Assembly (NCBI GenBank): GCA_018985225.1
Contig: JADGIF010000004.1
Span: forward strand, 17,640-49,639
Direction of reading: 5' to 3'
DNA from: Amoeboradix gromovi X-113
Lineage: Eukaryota; Fungi; Sanchytriomycota
DNA length: 32,000 nucleotides
Shown: positions 1 to 10,900 of the stretch, one piece after another
Numbering within the stretch: position 1 is the first letter of the stretch
How the letters are laid out: every line of letters starts with the position of its first letter
Notes under the pieces: model-generated
What the model was told of the DNA's origin: nothing
The model's input: the letters and a program-made list of their open reading frames with translations, nothing else
Databases searched by the model: none
Made by a program: the position numbers and the translations under genes

Positions 1-132
1 ATAATAGTAAGTAGAACCCAAGAAAGTGGTTTGAATTTAAACGAGCAAGATATAATGACCATGGATAAAGAGCAGCTAAAGGCCTTGTTGATAAAGAGGC
101 AGCTTATGACTCGAGTGGCTCAATTGAGCTGA
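1..132 (+). CDS. Possible 3' end of a gene entering from the left edge (IIVSRTQESGLNLNEQDIMTMDKEQLKALLIKRQLMTRVAQLS*)
   Basis: Frame 1 is open from base 1 to TGA at 130-132; no recognisable motif. Confidence 0.35.
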   Translation: MIVSRTQESGLNLNEQDIMTMDKEQLKALLIKRQLMTRVAQLS

Positions 133-330
133 TGGATGCTCCGCGAGTAGATTCTTGAGTTTATAAGGTGCTGTATCTAATAAATAATCAAATATAAATT
201 TATGGTTCTTTACCCTTAAACAAAGTCTCTACGATTTCGCAAAAATAATTATTCTGTAATTAAGGTGTTGCTCAATTAGCTTACAAACTGAAGCACTAAT
301 TTTAGAGAAAGCCGAGAATTCACAGAGACA

Positions 331-487
331 CTAACAGTGGTAGTGGATCAATTACAGTAGCTCCTCAAACTTCCACTACCATTAGAAGGGTAGATCATTT
401 CGTGCCGTTTGACCAAAGATGATCAAGATTACCGAGTTTTATGTGGTCACAAAAGAGTTAATTGGAACGATATTGCCTTTGTGATCA
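331..487 (+). ncRNA. Candidate structured ncRNA (three consecutive hairpins), family unknown
   Basis: Stems 338-347/372-381 (10 bp perfect), 393-400/417-424 and 444-453/478-487. Non-Watson-Crick positions are G.U on the + strand. Lies in intergenic DNA. Confidence 0.3.
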
Positions 488-520
488 GCATAAATGGTTA
501 AATAAATTAAATTATGAAAC

Positions 521-907
521 ATGAGTCAGCATCATCAATTCACTAACAAGTACTATACATATAGAAGTCCGCAAACAGGTACCTGGAGGATAAGAATAGA
601 AAGAAATTTTGAAGAACCAGGCATTAAGTATTATGATGAGCTACCAGAGGAGTATGGATTCATGATTCCTACAATTCAAAAGATTAACCGTGTAATGTGT
701 GAACAGTATTCCTGGAGAGATTACCTAGCTAACTCAAGCTGTTTATGTTGCTGGATACCTTGGCATTTATCTAAAAGCTCACAAGAGTCAGCATTTAAGC
801 AGTCTGATGCTATTTTATCTGAGGAAAACTCAAAGTCTTTAAAAAACAAATGGACCCTGCTGTCTGATACTGCCGGTCTTTTCCTCGAATTCGAATATTT
901 AGATTAA
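521..907 (+). CDS. Erf4/Golgin A7-family protein (palmitoyltransferase accessory subunit), 128 aa
   Basis: IRIERNF...YYDELPEE...TIQKIN...CLCC...ILSEEN...AGLFLEFE follows the recalled Golgin_A7/Erf4 pattern and size. Confidence 0.6.
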   Translation: MSQHHQFTNKYYTYRSPQTGTWRIRIERNFEEPGIKYYDELPEEYGFMIPTIQKINRVMCEQYSWRDYLANSSCLCCWIPWHLSKSSQESAFKQSDAILSEENSKSLKNKWTLLSDTAGLFLEFEYLD

Positions 908-908
908 T

Positions 909-3900
909 TTATTGTAATTTTAATCTTTTTGCTTTATGCTGAGAATCCTTCAACCTTCTTTTTAAGACTTTCTTCTGGTTTTTCTTAATCCTCACTTGTG
1001 CTGCTATTTCAGGTTCTTGAATACTCAATTGCTGTTGTTGCTGCTTTCTTGATATTCTCGTCAATAAAATCTGTTTCTTTGTATTTGCGTACTCATCGTA
1101 ATAATCCAAGTACCTGGATTTCAGTTCTTCTTGTGCAAGTCTTATTTGTTCCATCAATCCCTCCTGTTTGCTAATTTGGTCATCATCTTGACATTTGATA
1201 ACTATCTTGAACCAGCTGTTTAAACTTAGCAACTTCTTGTTGGTAAGATAACAAGTGAACTGAATCATTGTCTTTCTCTTATACTCTGCTCCTTTGTATG
1301 CTGCATGTACTACTTTACCATGTATAAACTCAATGAAGTCACTGTCCCAACCTCTACACTGACTCTGCATTATTTTGATGATCATGTTATACTCTTGCTC
1401 TGTTCCAATTTGGTATCTGTATAACAATGAGATACCCAGTCGCTTACTCTCACTGCTAGTTGGAGTGACATGATCATTTAAACCCACTATCAGTATCTTG
1501 TACAAATCAGCGTAATTCAGATTCAATCGTGACTCTATAGAATTTATAGTGTACTCGACCAGATTATTAAACTTTATATTATATTGCATCAATTTAATGC
1601 CAACTTGCACTACGTCTGTGTTTTTACCAAACAAATCGCTAAAATCATGTATGCTGGTACAATACTGCAGGATGCTGCTACATTCTAAGCATGATATACT
1701 CAGCTCTAATAGCTGATGTTTGTTATACCATTTCAGTATGTATCCGCCATATTCTGATTTTATGTTGCTTGGGGATTTACTGAATATCATGTCCAAACAC
1801 TTTTTAATTGCCTGGACAATGTCCGAGTCTTTTGTGTTACCGAGCTTTAGTGACAACTTAATTAGCATTTTGTTAGTTATAGGCAGTTTGTTAACTAGCA
1901 GTTCTAACATCGAAATGCTTGCCAACACACCACCCTTGCTGGAGTAATCTAGATTAACTAGGTAGAAGTCTACCATACCTGCTAGCTTCTTTACTGTAAA
2001 CGGCATGTTACTGACACAGTGATAGACAAGATGCTGCATTGATGTTCTAATCTGTGGCAAATTGCTTTGAATCGAATATTCCATAATCAAATCAAGGGCC
2101 TTGTACATGGACAACAGAACTGAGCTGTTGTTTTTGCAATGGCTGGCTTTAATAGTCAACTGCTTAAACACACTGCAAGCTATGTAATGCACATGCACGT
2201 CTGTCATATATTCCATTATACTGTGTATTATCAGTTCCTGTTTGTCCATCCTTACGGCAGCGAATGGCAGTATCAACGATAATGTCTTTAAACATGCAAT
2301 CTGGAGCTCATTGTGGATATTTCTACTTAGCAACTCCATTACTCTGTCTATAATTAAAGGCATACAGTCGCTGAACAGCTTTACATTAATGTTGACACAC
2401 TTTAAAGTGTTGATGATAACAGCGTCATTCAAGTCCAAACAACTTCCCAAAACATCGATCAGATCTGTAGTATTTATGTCAAGATTATTGGTTAGACATT
2501 TTTTAGTTATATTTAGCATAGCATTGATTATTACTGTGTTTTTATTGTTAATGTTTAACACCATAAATTGTTTAAAGTTTGATACCAAATAACTCCTGCA
2601 ATATGAATTAGTAAATAAGCCCTCAAACAAATGATGCATAAACAGCGTGTATTTGGTAGACTGCTTTTTACTCAATAGTGGAGGAATGTTTATACTGGAT
2701 AGTAGCTGAGGTAACTTATTAACAGAGCAACAGGTACCAATAATTGTGCTTAATTGGATATAAGTAGTGGATTGTATCTCTGGCAACGATTTCTTCAAGT
2801 CATCGACATTCTTTTCGACATATTGCTGATGTATTTCCATTAAACAAGCGTCATAGATAGAATCAATCAAATAGTCAATTTCACCAATTTTAATATCCAA
2901 CTTGATAAGAATAGAGTGCAGAGTGTATCTGTATACATGGTGCCATAATCCTGTACAAAGAGCATCCTTCAAGAGCTCATTTGTGTAACCAAGGTAATTT
3001 GGCATCTTTGTGATAATTATGGATAACAATTGAATCACAAGCTCTCTAACATGTCTAGGATACCGGAGCAAATGGATGCTCTTGAACAGTATGGTAGAGA
3101 GCATCGCGTTGTTATAAAGTGGACATATTATTTTGGCAGTTTTCAGTATACCAACAACAACAGCAGGGTCCTTTGAATACCAAGATTTATGATGAATCAG
3201 TTGCTGTAAGATATATAAATGATGGTCGGAGTCTGATCTGATGGAATTCATGTACATTTTCAACAATGAATACTCATTCAAATTGATTATACGCTGTTTA
3301 ATAAACTGATACCTCAGTATGTTGGATATCGATTTAGCCGGTGAATTGGATAAAATTAAACTACATGCCCTGGAGTATAATTCGTCGTCTAGATTAGGCA
3401 ACAACAGCGGATATATCCATTTTAGTAGAATCGCCCCCAACTGAGACGCATCTGCATCCATAGATGCTATATCAGCAGAACCTGTCAGCGCCAAGAAATC
3501 CACAAGCAATCCTACAGATGCTCTCTTGTCTTGCTTTTGAATAGCAAATATGTTTGTTAGACAGTGGTTATGATTGTTGACTATCTGCAGCTGCTTGAAA
3601 TCACTAGTATTGTTGCTTAGTATAAACTGCATCAAGTCGTTGTTCAGTAAATTACTTCCACGCTTCAAATATTCGATTAGTTTAGAATGCAAATAATCAT
3701 CATCAACACCAAGGTAGAACGACAACAGCTGCAATGATATGTCTACAATGTTGGATTCATCACAGTCTAGGCAGTCAAGCAAAACAAACAGAATTATTGG
3801 AGATGCATCGGCATCGGCAGCCAAATCACTTGTATCAGCCAAGTCACTTTTATACACTCTAAAGTCCTTTAGTCCATTAAATCTATGATCCATATCAATG

Positions 3901-6900
3901 GCATCAACATCAGATGAATGACGAGTATAGCATTGATTAATAAATGATTGTATACTACTATTGAACAATGGAACAAATAACGATAGGATGGTGCTTCTAT
4001 ATTGAAGCGAATTGGATTTGTTCAATAGAGGAATAGCCAGGTTGATATGAGACACACAGATATTAAATTTAGATACATGATCAACTAGGACCTTTGGGTC
4101 CTTTGATTTTAGTATAAAGTCGGCCAGTAACTCAAACTCGTTATTTGGGATTAGATCAATTAGTAATGGGGATACGCAAGGATCACACACAACATTTATG
4201 GGAAGAGACCTAATGAGGGATGGTACATGAACAGCAGTGTCGACAGGGATGGAGTTTTTCAGCCAGTGAATAAGTTTCAATCCAATAACCATTGTAGATT
4301 GGCAGTACTTGCTGTCGATTAAAGAGTAGAGCATATCAAAGGACAGCAATGGCATGAATTCATGATGGTTGTAGTCCAGAACCAACTTGAATGCTTTTAA
4401 AAACAAACTGGGGCTACTAATAGATTCTAGTGGTATCGAATCAATTCTAGCAGGCAGCAACTGGAACAAGTATGACAAATATTTCGACTCACCAGTTATA
4501 TCAGCCAAAATGTATAAAATATTAAACACTTTAGTTCTAGTAGCTATAAGACTCGTATCAGCAGAAGTTGCGATGACACCAGAAGTATCTTTCATAAACG
4601 TGTCTACAAATCTTTGTATCACCTCCATGAACATCGTTGCAAAAGGTTTACAACAATAAGGCAATTCTGTGAGTAAATAATGTATAGTATTGATCATTCC
4701 TCTAGTTTTCTTGATGGTAGTATTGTTTAAAAAGCACAAGTTGAGAAACATGACCATTTCGTCATTTGACAACAAAGATAGAAAGGTACTTATGCATGCT
4801 CTGTTAGATTTCACTTTAAGCAAGAGTTTTCCATGGACTATCGGGATCACATGCTTCAGCATCGATTTTCGATACTCTGGGTCAGTAGATATATTTTGAT
4901 CGTTTGAAAATGACATGGAAACTAGTGCGTCTTTGAAAGTGTGACTATTGATCAATGATTTAATGAGAGATTTAGCTTCTTTGGACAATGAAGCAGAATT
5001 ACTTGATATCACATCAAACGCTGTGGATTGTATCATCTCGTTAGAATTGGACAACAAGGTGAATAAATCGTCAAGCACAAATGATTTATATTTGGAAATT
5101 AGCCTAACAAGTAGGCTGGTGAACTGAATGTTGATAACTTCAGAGGAATAAAGTAAATTTAAACACGGATGATGCCATAAAGACAATAAATCAGATTGTG
5201 GTGTGAATCTATCAATGTGGCCACTAACGGCGAATTTCAATAGATTGGAAATCACATCGGTTGTGATAGTGGTGCGGGTAGTATTGATTACGCAAGGAGG
5301 AGAATAAAAGTGAATATTTGGAAATATTAGCTTGACATTCTTCCAAAAGTTTGCTACATGCGTAGCACCCACACCGGGGCCAGTAGCTTTAACTTCCGTC
5401 TCATTTTCATCACTCTTAATTCTGTTCAAATTCAAATGTAATTGAATTAGCCATTGCTGAGCAATGACCTTGTTGCTTAATTTGAGATTGATAATAAACT
5501 CCCAAACTGGTTTAAATGGGATATAAAACTGAGCCAAAAGCCATGAAATAATTATGGGGTCATTAGAGTGAGTGGTAGCGATGGAATTAATAAGATTACA
5601 TTTGTTTCGCTGGTGCTGCAATAGATCTGTAATCAATTCGCATTGCAGCAGTAGACTGTATATGTTACTGTTGCTTAATATCTTTAAAGAAGCAATACGC
5701 ACATTTTGGTCAGGGTTTGAGAGGTTGCCAAGAATGTTAAAATTATCGATTATATCAGCAGTATTGTTATTGTGAAGAAGATACAGTATATTCAGTGCTT
5801 CTACGTTATTCGATAACGGTTTTAAGTGGCTGCATAATAGTGGGATGTTGGTAGGCATAACATGCTGCATTATCTGATAAATAGTGGGCAAAAGTGATGG
5901 ATTAAACTGGTCCACAGAGGCGTTTAACAGATCAATTAAAAGTTCTGAATCGACTTTAAACTGGCATGCAGCAAACAATAAAGTGCTCTCGCGACTCGAT
6001 AAGAACTCCTGAAATAATTTTTTAAACAAAGAGATTGGAAGATTAAATTTGCTGTTTGTTATGATGGAATTATTGAATTTGGAAAGATCCATCAGTTTGC
6101 ACATAATCGAAATCAAATCCGAGAACAAGTAAAAATCAAAACTATCATGGGACTGGACATGTTTTAAGAAATCAAACAGCAGCCTTGTTTGGAAAAGATT
6201 AGAGCTGATGGGAATAACTTTAGAAATGATGAATAACATATCATTGATGTTAGAGCTTATGAAAATGGACTTGATTAGATTAAAGTTGGATTTTAACACA
6301 TCTTCGTCAAGCAGCAGCTCTACAAGAATCTTCTTAAAACCCAAAGAATTAGTAATCTTAGAGTTTGTAGACTGAAGTCTCATGCCCTTTAAAAGGACAA
6401 TAGAATGAAATTCAGGAGACTTTAGCCGAACAAAACAATTTAGAAGATAAAAGAGATTTTCAGATTGAAATACAGAGGAATCGTCAATAATGGAATTGGC
6501 TAGAACAGTAGAGGTGTGCAAATTACCAAATTTGCATAACAAATAGCCAAGGGACAAGCACATATCGTTAGAAAACATAGGATCAAGTAAAATGGCAATT
6601 AATCGTGATACTGTATTGGAGTAATAGGATTCAGAAACATTCATCATGGAGTGAAATATCAGCAATGCTACGGTTTGATCAAATGTCTTGGATTTATCAG
6701 AAAGAGATAGCCCATGTTTAATCATTTGGAAAAATAAATCTGCTTCACTTTGACGCAATAAAAGAGCCAGTAACTGACAGCCAAAATGCCTGATATAATC
6801 TCGGTCATTTAGAAGCAAAAACGAAAACAGTTTGAAGCATTTTAAATGCTGTCTTTCTGACATGAAGTTTTTGACGAGTACAACATAACTGCGAAACAAC

Positions 6901-7292
6901 TTGTTTATAATTTCAGGATCTCTAAAAGATAAAAACGGCAAAGTACTACTCAAGAAATCACTGGCATGATCCAAAGACTCCAAACCAAAATCCATCCACA
7001 ACGCAGATAAGAGTTCTAACAAACTGAGGTTCTTTCCATCCATTTTCTCAAGTAAAAGTGAAACAATTGAACTGTAGTTTAATACAAGTAGATTCACAGA
7101 TCTGGTTTTTGGCTCAATTTCATGAAATAGATCTATAAAGATTTCAGACAAATCTAAGTCGTAAAGCTTCAACAGGGATTGTCTGAAATAAGAATCTTCA
7201 TGCAGTCTAAGAGCCGATCTTGTTTTGACTTCCACATTTAAAATTAGCTGATTAAAGCTTTTAAATGAGAATGAGTTTTCTGATTTTCCCAT
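909..7292 (-). CDS. UTP20: UTP20, SSU processome HEAT-repeat protein, 2127 aa, intronless
   Basis: N-terminal F.FKSFNQ.I..V motif, QFYIPFKPVW (DRIM region), HVYRYTLHSIL and basic C-terminus EPEIAAQVRIKKNQKK are typical of Utp20; size fits. Confidence 0.88.
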   Translation of the reverse strand: MGKSENSFSFKSFNQLILNVEVKTRSALRLHEDSYFRQSLLKLYDLDLSEIFIDLFHEIEPKTRSVNLLVLNYSSIVSLLLEKMDGKNLSLLELLSALWMDFGLESLDHASDFLSSTLPFLSFRDPEIINKLFRSYVVLVKNFMSERQHLKCFKLFSFLLLNDRDYIRHFGCQLLALLLRQSEADLFFQMIKHGLSLSDKSKTFDQTVALLIFHSMMNVSESYYSNTVSRLIAILLDPMFSNDMCLSLGYLLCKFGNLHTSTVLANSIIDDSSVFQSENLFYLLNCFVRLKSPEFHSIVLLKGMRLQSTNSKITNSLGFKKILVELLLDEDVLKSNFNLIKSIFISSNINDMLFIISKVIPISSNLFQTRLLFDFLKHVQSHDSFDFYLFSDLISIMCKLMDLSKFNNSIITNSKFNLPISLFKKLFQEFLSSRESTLLFAACQFKVDSELLIDLLNASVDQFNPSLLPTIYQIMQHVMPTNIPLLCSHLKPLSNNVEALNILYLLHNNNTADIIDNFNILGNLSNPDQNVRIASLKILSNSNIYSLLLQCELITDLLQHQRNKCNLINSIATTHSNDPIIISWLLAQFYIPFKPVWEFIINLKLSNKVIAQQWLIQLHLNLNRIKSDENETEVKATGPGVGATHVANFWKNVKLIFPNIHFYSPPCVINTTRTTITTDVISNLLKFAVSGHIDRFTPQSDLLSLWHHPCLNLLYSSEVINIQFTSLLVRLISKYKSFVLDDLFTLLSNSNEMIQSTAFDVISSNSASLSKEAKSLIKSLINSHTFKDALVSMSFSNDQNISTDPEYRKSMLKHVIPIVHGKLLLKVKSNRACISTFLSLLSNDEMVMFLNLCFLNNTTIKKTRGMINTIHYLLTELPYCCKPFATMFMEVIQRFVDTFMKDTSGVIATSADTSLIATRTKVFNILYILADITGESKYLSYLFQLLPARIDSIPLESISSPSLFLKAFKLVLDYNHHEFMPLLSFDMLYSLIDSKYCQSTMVIGLKLIHWLKNSIPVDTAVHVPSLIRSLPINVVCDPCVSPLLIDLIPNNEFELLADFILKSKDPKVLVDHVSKFNICVSHINLAIPLLNKSNSLQYRSTILSLFVPLFNSSIQSFINQCYTRHSSDVDAIDMDHRFNGLKDFRVYKSDLADTSDLAADADASPIILFVLLDCLDCDESNIVDISLQLLSFYLGVDDDYLHSKLIEYLKRGSNLLNNDLMQFILSNNTSDFKQLQIVNNHNHCLTNIFAIQKQDKRASVGLLVDFLALTGSADIASMDADASQLGAILLKWIYPLLLPNLDDELYSRACSLILSNSPAKSISNILRYQFIKQRIINLNEYSLLKMYMNSIRSDSDHHLYILQQLIHHKSWYSKDPAVVVGILKTAKIICPLYNNAMLSTILFKSIHLLRYPRHVRELVIQLLSIIITKMPNYLGYTNELLKDALCTGLWHHVYRYTLHSILIKLDIKIGEIDYLIDSIYDACLMEIHQQYVEKNVDDLKKSLPEIQSTTYIQLSTIIGTCCSVNKLPQLLSSINIPPLLSKKQSTKYTLFMHHLFEGLFTNSYCRSYLVSNFKQFMVLNINNKNTVIINAMLNITKKCLTNNLDINTTDLIDVLGSCLDLNDAVIINTLKCVNINVKLFSDCMPLIIDRVMELLSRNIHNELQIACLKTLSLILPFAAVRMDKQELIIHSIMEYMTDVHVHYIACSVFKQLTIKASHCKNNSSVLLSMYKALDLIMEYSIQSNLPQIRTSMQHLVYHCVSNMPFTVKKLAGMVDFYLVNLDYSSKGGVLASISMLELLVNKLPITNKMLIKLSLKLGNTKDSDIVQAIKKCLDMIFSKSPSNIKSEYGGYILKWYNKHQLLELSISCLECSSILQYCTSIHDFSDLFGKNTDVVQVGIKLMQYNIKFNNLVEYTINSIESRLNLNYADLYKILIVGLNDHVTPTSSESKRLGISLLYRYQIGTEQEYNMIIKIMQSQCRGWDSDFIEFIHGKVVHAAYKGAEYKRKTMIQFTCYLTNKKLLSLNSWFKIVIKCQDDDQISKQEGLMEQIRLAQEELKSRYLDYYDEYANTKKQILLTRISRKQQQQQLSIQEPEIAAQVRIKKNQKKVLKRRLKDSQHKAKRLKLQ

Positions 7293-7437
7293 GTATTATC
7301 CGATTTCGTAGTATGAAACTAAGTTGAATGGTTTTCTAATTTCTGTAATAATTGTACATTCTTATCATTGGGTTTGGAGGACTATTAGCTTATTTAGTTG
7401 TAAAAGAATAAATTGTCAAAGCAAACTTGTTACAAGG

Positions 7438-7956
7438 ATGTCCAAAAGTGTCACGATCACAAATTTGCCAATGGAAATATCGGAACAAGATATTACTTCA
7501 ACTTGCGAGGAGATCGCTGGCAACGTTGTTAACATTCGTCTTTTTCAAACTTTTGCAGTTGTAGAGTTTCAATCCAACCGTCTTACTAACCAATTGAAGG
7601 ATGTCAAATTACTCGACCAAACTGTTAAAGTATATCATCGCAAGAACAGGGGCATGGGTGATCTGAAGTATGTTCTTCAAGTTCATGGGTTGCCCAAAAA
7701 TACCGAATGGAAATTATTTTTTAATTATATAAAATTTGCGGGGCAAGTTGATAATTTGTTCATGTCTATTGATGGCACCAAGTCTGATGTTATATTTACT
7801 TCTAGATCGTATATGGAAAATGCTAGAAATTATTTGTATTTGGTTCCTTTTACTTATACTAATCCAGAGGGGGAAGAAGTGGATACAATTTTAGAATCAG
7901 TAAAAGATACAGTCGTGCATGAGGACGCTGGTAATAAAAAAAGAAGAATAAATTAG
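7438..7956 (+). CDS. Two-RRM RNA-binding protein, SR/Npl3/Gbp2-like but without an RS/RGG tail (~172 aa from ATG 7438)
   Basis: RRM1 has RNP2 VTITNLP and RNP1 FAVVEF. RRM2 (VHGLPKNTEWKLFFNYIKFAGQV) resembles the pseudo-RRM VxGLPxxxSWQDLKDxxRxAGxV. The ORF track starts at an upstream TTG; first ATG is 7438. Confidence 0.6.
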   Translation: MSKSVTITNLPMEISEQDITSTCEEIAGNVVNIRLFQTFAVVEFQSNRLTNQLKDVKLLDQTVKVYHRKNRGMGDLKYVLQVHGLPKNTEWKLFFNYIKFAGQVDNLFMSIDGTKSDVIFTSRSYMENARNYLYLVPFTYTNPEGEEVDTILESVKDTVVHEDAGNKKRRIN

Positions 7957-7977
7957 TTGTGAAATAAAATTTATTTA

Positions 7978-10900
7978 TCAACATAGTAACAGGTCCGCCA
8001 CTTGTAAGGGTCCTCCCAGATCTAGTGAATATCTGCTTGCTACATTTTTAATCAATTTATATCGATCTGTCTCCAAAATTGTTGGCTTATCCATTATTTC
8101 AAACATACTAATCGTGTTCTTAAGTAATATACCAATTTTATGTGCATTCACTATGCAATTATGATAAAGAGGTGCACTATTGTAGCAGCTCTTGTACAAG
8201 CCGCTCTGCTGATTTTGCTCTGAATCCTTTAACAAGGTCACCTTGTCAAGTTTCTTGACAATGTTTCTCTTATAAACCATGCATTTATATAGTCCTTTTG
8301 TCTTTAGCTGTTTAAATATTATAATCAACCCTACCAGTTTATCGTCAGTACATACATCGACAATCTGCTGTAACAAGTCATCATCTTCCATGTTACTGTA
8401 GTAAGACTCAAAATAGACAAAAGCATTAATCTTCTCAATAGAATAGAATCCATCCAAAAGATTCAGCCCACCTACTTCGTTCAATTCGATCTTCTCTGCT
8501 AGCTGACTGTAAAAGTGATATCTAAATTGCTCATCTTCGGTGGTTGTCAAGGAATACTCGTCGTTACTACTATGTCCAATAGTGCTAATGAAATCCAAGT
8601 TCATCTGTTTATTGCCTTTGTAGCTATTGTATACAAATATGTTGATAGTTTGCAAATAATTGGTTTGATCTATACTCTTTAGTTCATCTAACAAAGCACT
8701 ATTAATCTGCATTGCAGTATAGTTATTAAGCAGGTTCAACTGCAGTAATGGAGTTCTGCACTCACGATGACTGTTCTTCATCATTTTAGGCAAAGCATTC
8801 CCTTGCTCTTTAATGATATACTCAAACTGTCCATTTCTGTTACGAACAATTAGCCTGGTTTGGCTCTCGTTCAATTTAGAAACTGACAAAATACAGTCTT
8901 TTCCATGATAAAATTTTATTGGGACACCAGTTACGTCCTTACTCTCATCCGCTGGCTCCTCGTCCTCTTTTATTTCACCTGGTTTACTCAATTCAACAAA
9001 CAGAGTATGGCTACTGACAGCATGAGTATTCGTAGTCTTTGTTTTACTGTTGTATACGATTCTCTTATTGCTCCATTCCTTGTTAGTTCGAATTAGAGCA
9101 TCCATGTCACTTTGAGCTATTTCTGGTAGTTCAACATCCAGATGTCCAAATTGAAAGTAGTGCATGGTGTAACATTGTTTATGGATGATATAAAGCACAT
9201 CGACCACCATTAACAACCAAGGTTTAATCTCCTTATCTTGGACTACGACTGTAGCATTCTTTTTGGCCTTCACTACAGGTTGCTCTACCTCCAACTCAGC
9301 TAGCATTTCACTGTAATGTATATAAAGTCTGTAACACTCATTAAAATCAGCTATGTTGATTTTACAGTAGTAAAAAGATTTTCGAATTGTATAGAGGCAT
9401 GTAAAAATGCACTGCTTTAGTATTTTGTAGTTAGTGATTAATATAGGCAATAATGACAAACACTGGGCGATAACCTTTGATTGATTGGTATTATTACTGT
9501 TCTCATCTAATAATGCATGGATCGCATAAAGCATGGAATTGATTAAGAGGGTGCTGTTCGTGGTGCTAGGTATATTATTGATTGAGCTACTGTTTGCATT
9601 ATTTACATTATTAGCAGCTGAATTGGTTGCAGGAGTAGAGGTGGCAGGAGTATTGCTAGATGAAACAAGGATGCCGACGACTTCTTCAATCTTATCCAAT
9701 AATGCCATAATGGTAGTGGTACATGAATTTGGTGTACTGTTGCTGTTTTCAATGCTCAAGATAGTCAATGAATTGATTATAGAACACAAATCATACTCGT
9801 CGTCAGTTGTTAACTTGCATAGCAAAGAAGATAAAAGTAATCGATACAGGTTATTATAGTAAGTATTACCTAGGGACTCACTCGATTTAAATGATTTCAA
9901 TAGCATGTCATTCAGAATTGGATCGAATTCCAGCTTAACATCACTGGTTGGAGCATACTTGTAGTAGTATGCAACAAGGTATTTTAAATTCTCTATTGCA
10001 GCCATTTGCACAGATTGCTGACTAGTAGGATCTAAATTATCAGCACCATCAATCATTGGAATAAAGAGTGAAATGGACTGCAAGATATTAGGAAGAAGAT
10101 GCTCAATTCCCTGTAGCTCTAATGAGAGCAATAAGGGCACATGATACAATAATTTGCTTGAACTGAAAAAATCGCTGTTCAATCTCTAAGTTAATAAAAA
10201 ATACCTTTTCAATAATTGCCAAAATGCAAGCTATTTCATCATTATCAAAGCTACCGTTGTACTTGAAGTCTCCACGAATAACGCCCTCATGTATGTCATT
10301 GGTGAATATACGGCATAAACAGCTTGTAGCTTCCGCTCTACCCTTGAAATGCATAATATCAACTACATCCTCGAAGCACGCACCTGTCATTAACCAGCTA
10401 CCAAAAAGCTTAAGTATGCTGTTGCTACTAATTATTACATTCGTATTTTTGATTAGTATGTTGTTGTTTTCCATGTCAATCAGTTTACAGCACAAGTTAT
10501 TTAATCCCAAATAAATGAGGTAAAATGATTCTGGATTCAGAGACTTTAACACTAAAGGACTAAGAATGGTATTTCCCAAAGAGATAAATCTAGACCAAAA
10601 TTCAAAAAACTCCTGTTCAGTAAGACTTACACCCAATACCTCATTACCCGGTAGATTAATTTTTACAATATCCATGACTTTAGCGTTTTTTTGATCTTGA
10701 ACACTTAGGAATTGAATATGCTCAGTTAAGCTAAATATAACAGAAGACCAAACATGGGCAATGTTTGGATGATTTAACCAATCCTTAAAGAATGATTGTA
10801 GTTCATTCCAAGACTCATCGCTAAGATCTTTGGAGCTAAATATAACACTGAGAAGTGCTGCACAAGCCTTGTTTAGAATCTTTTGCCAAACTAGTTGATG

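Noticed and set aside
322-401. ACAGAGA (U6-like) and GATCATTTC (U3 box A-like) words
   Set aside because: The required neighbouring motifs (U6 AGC/ISL; U3 box A', B, C, D) are absent.
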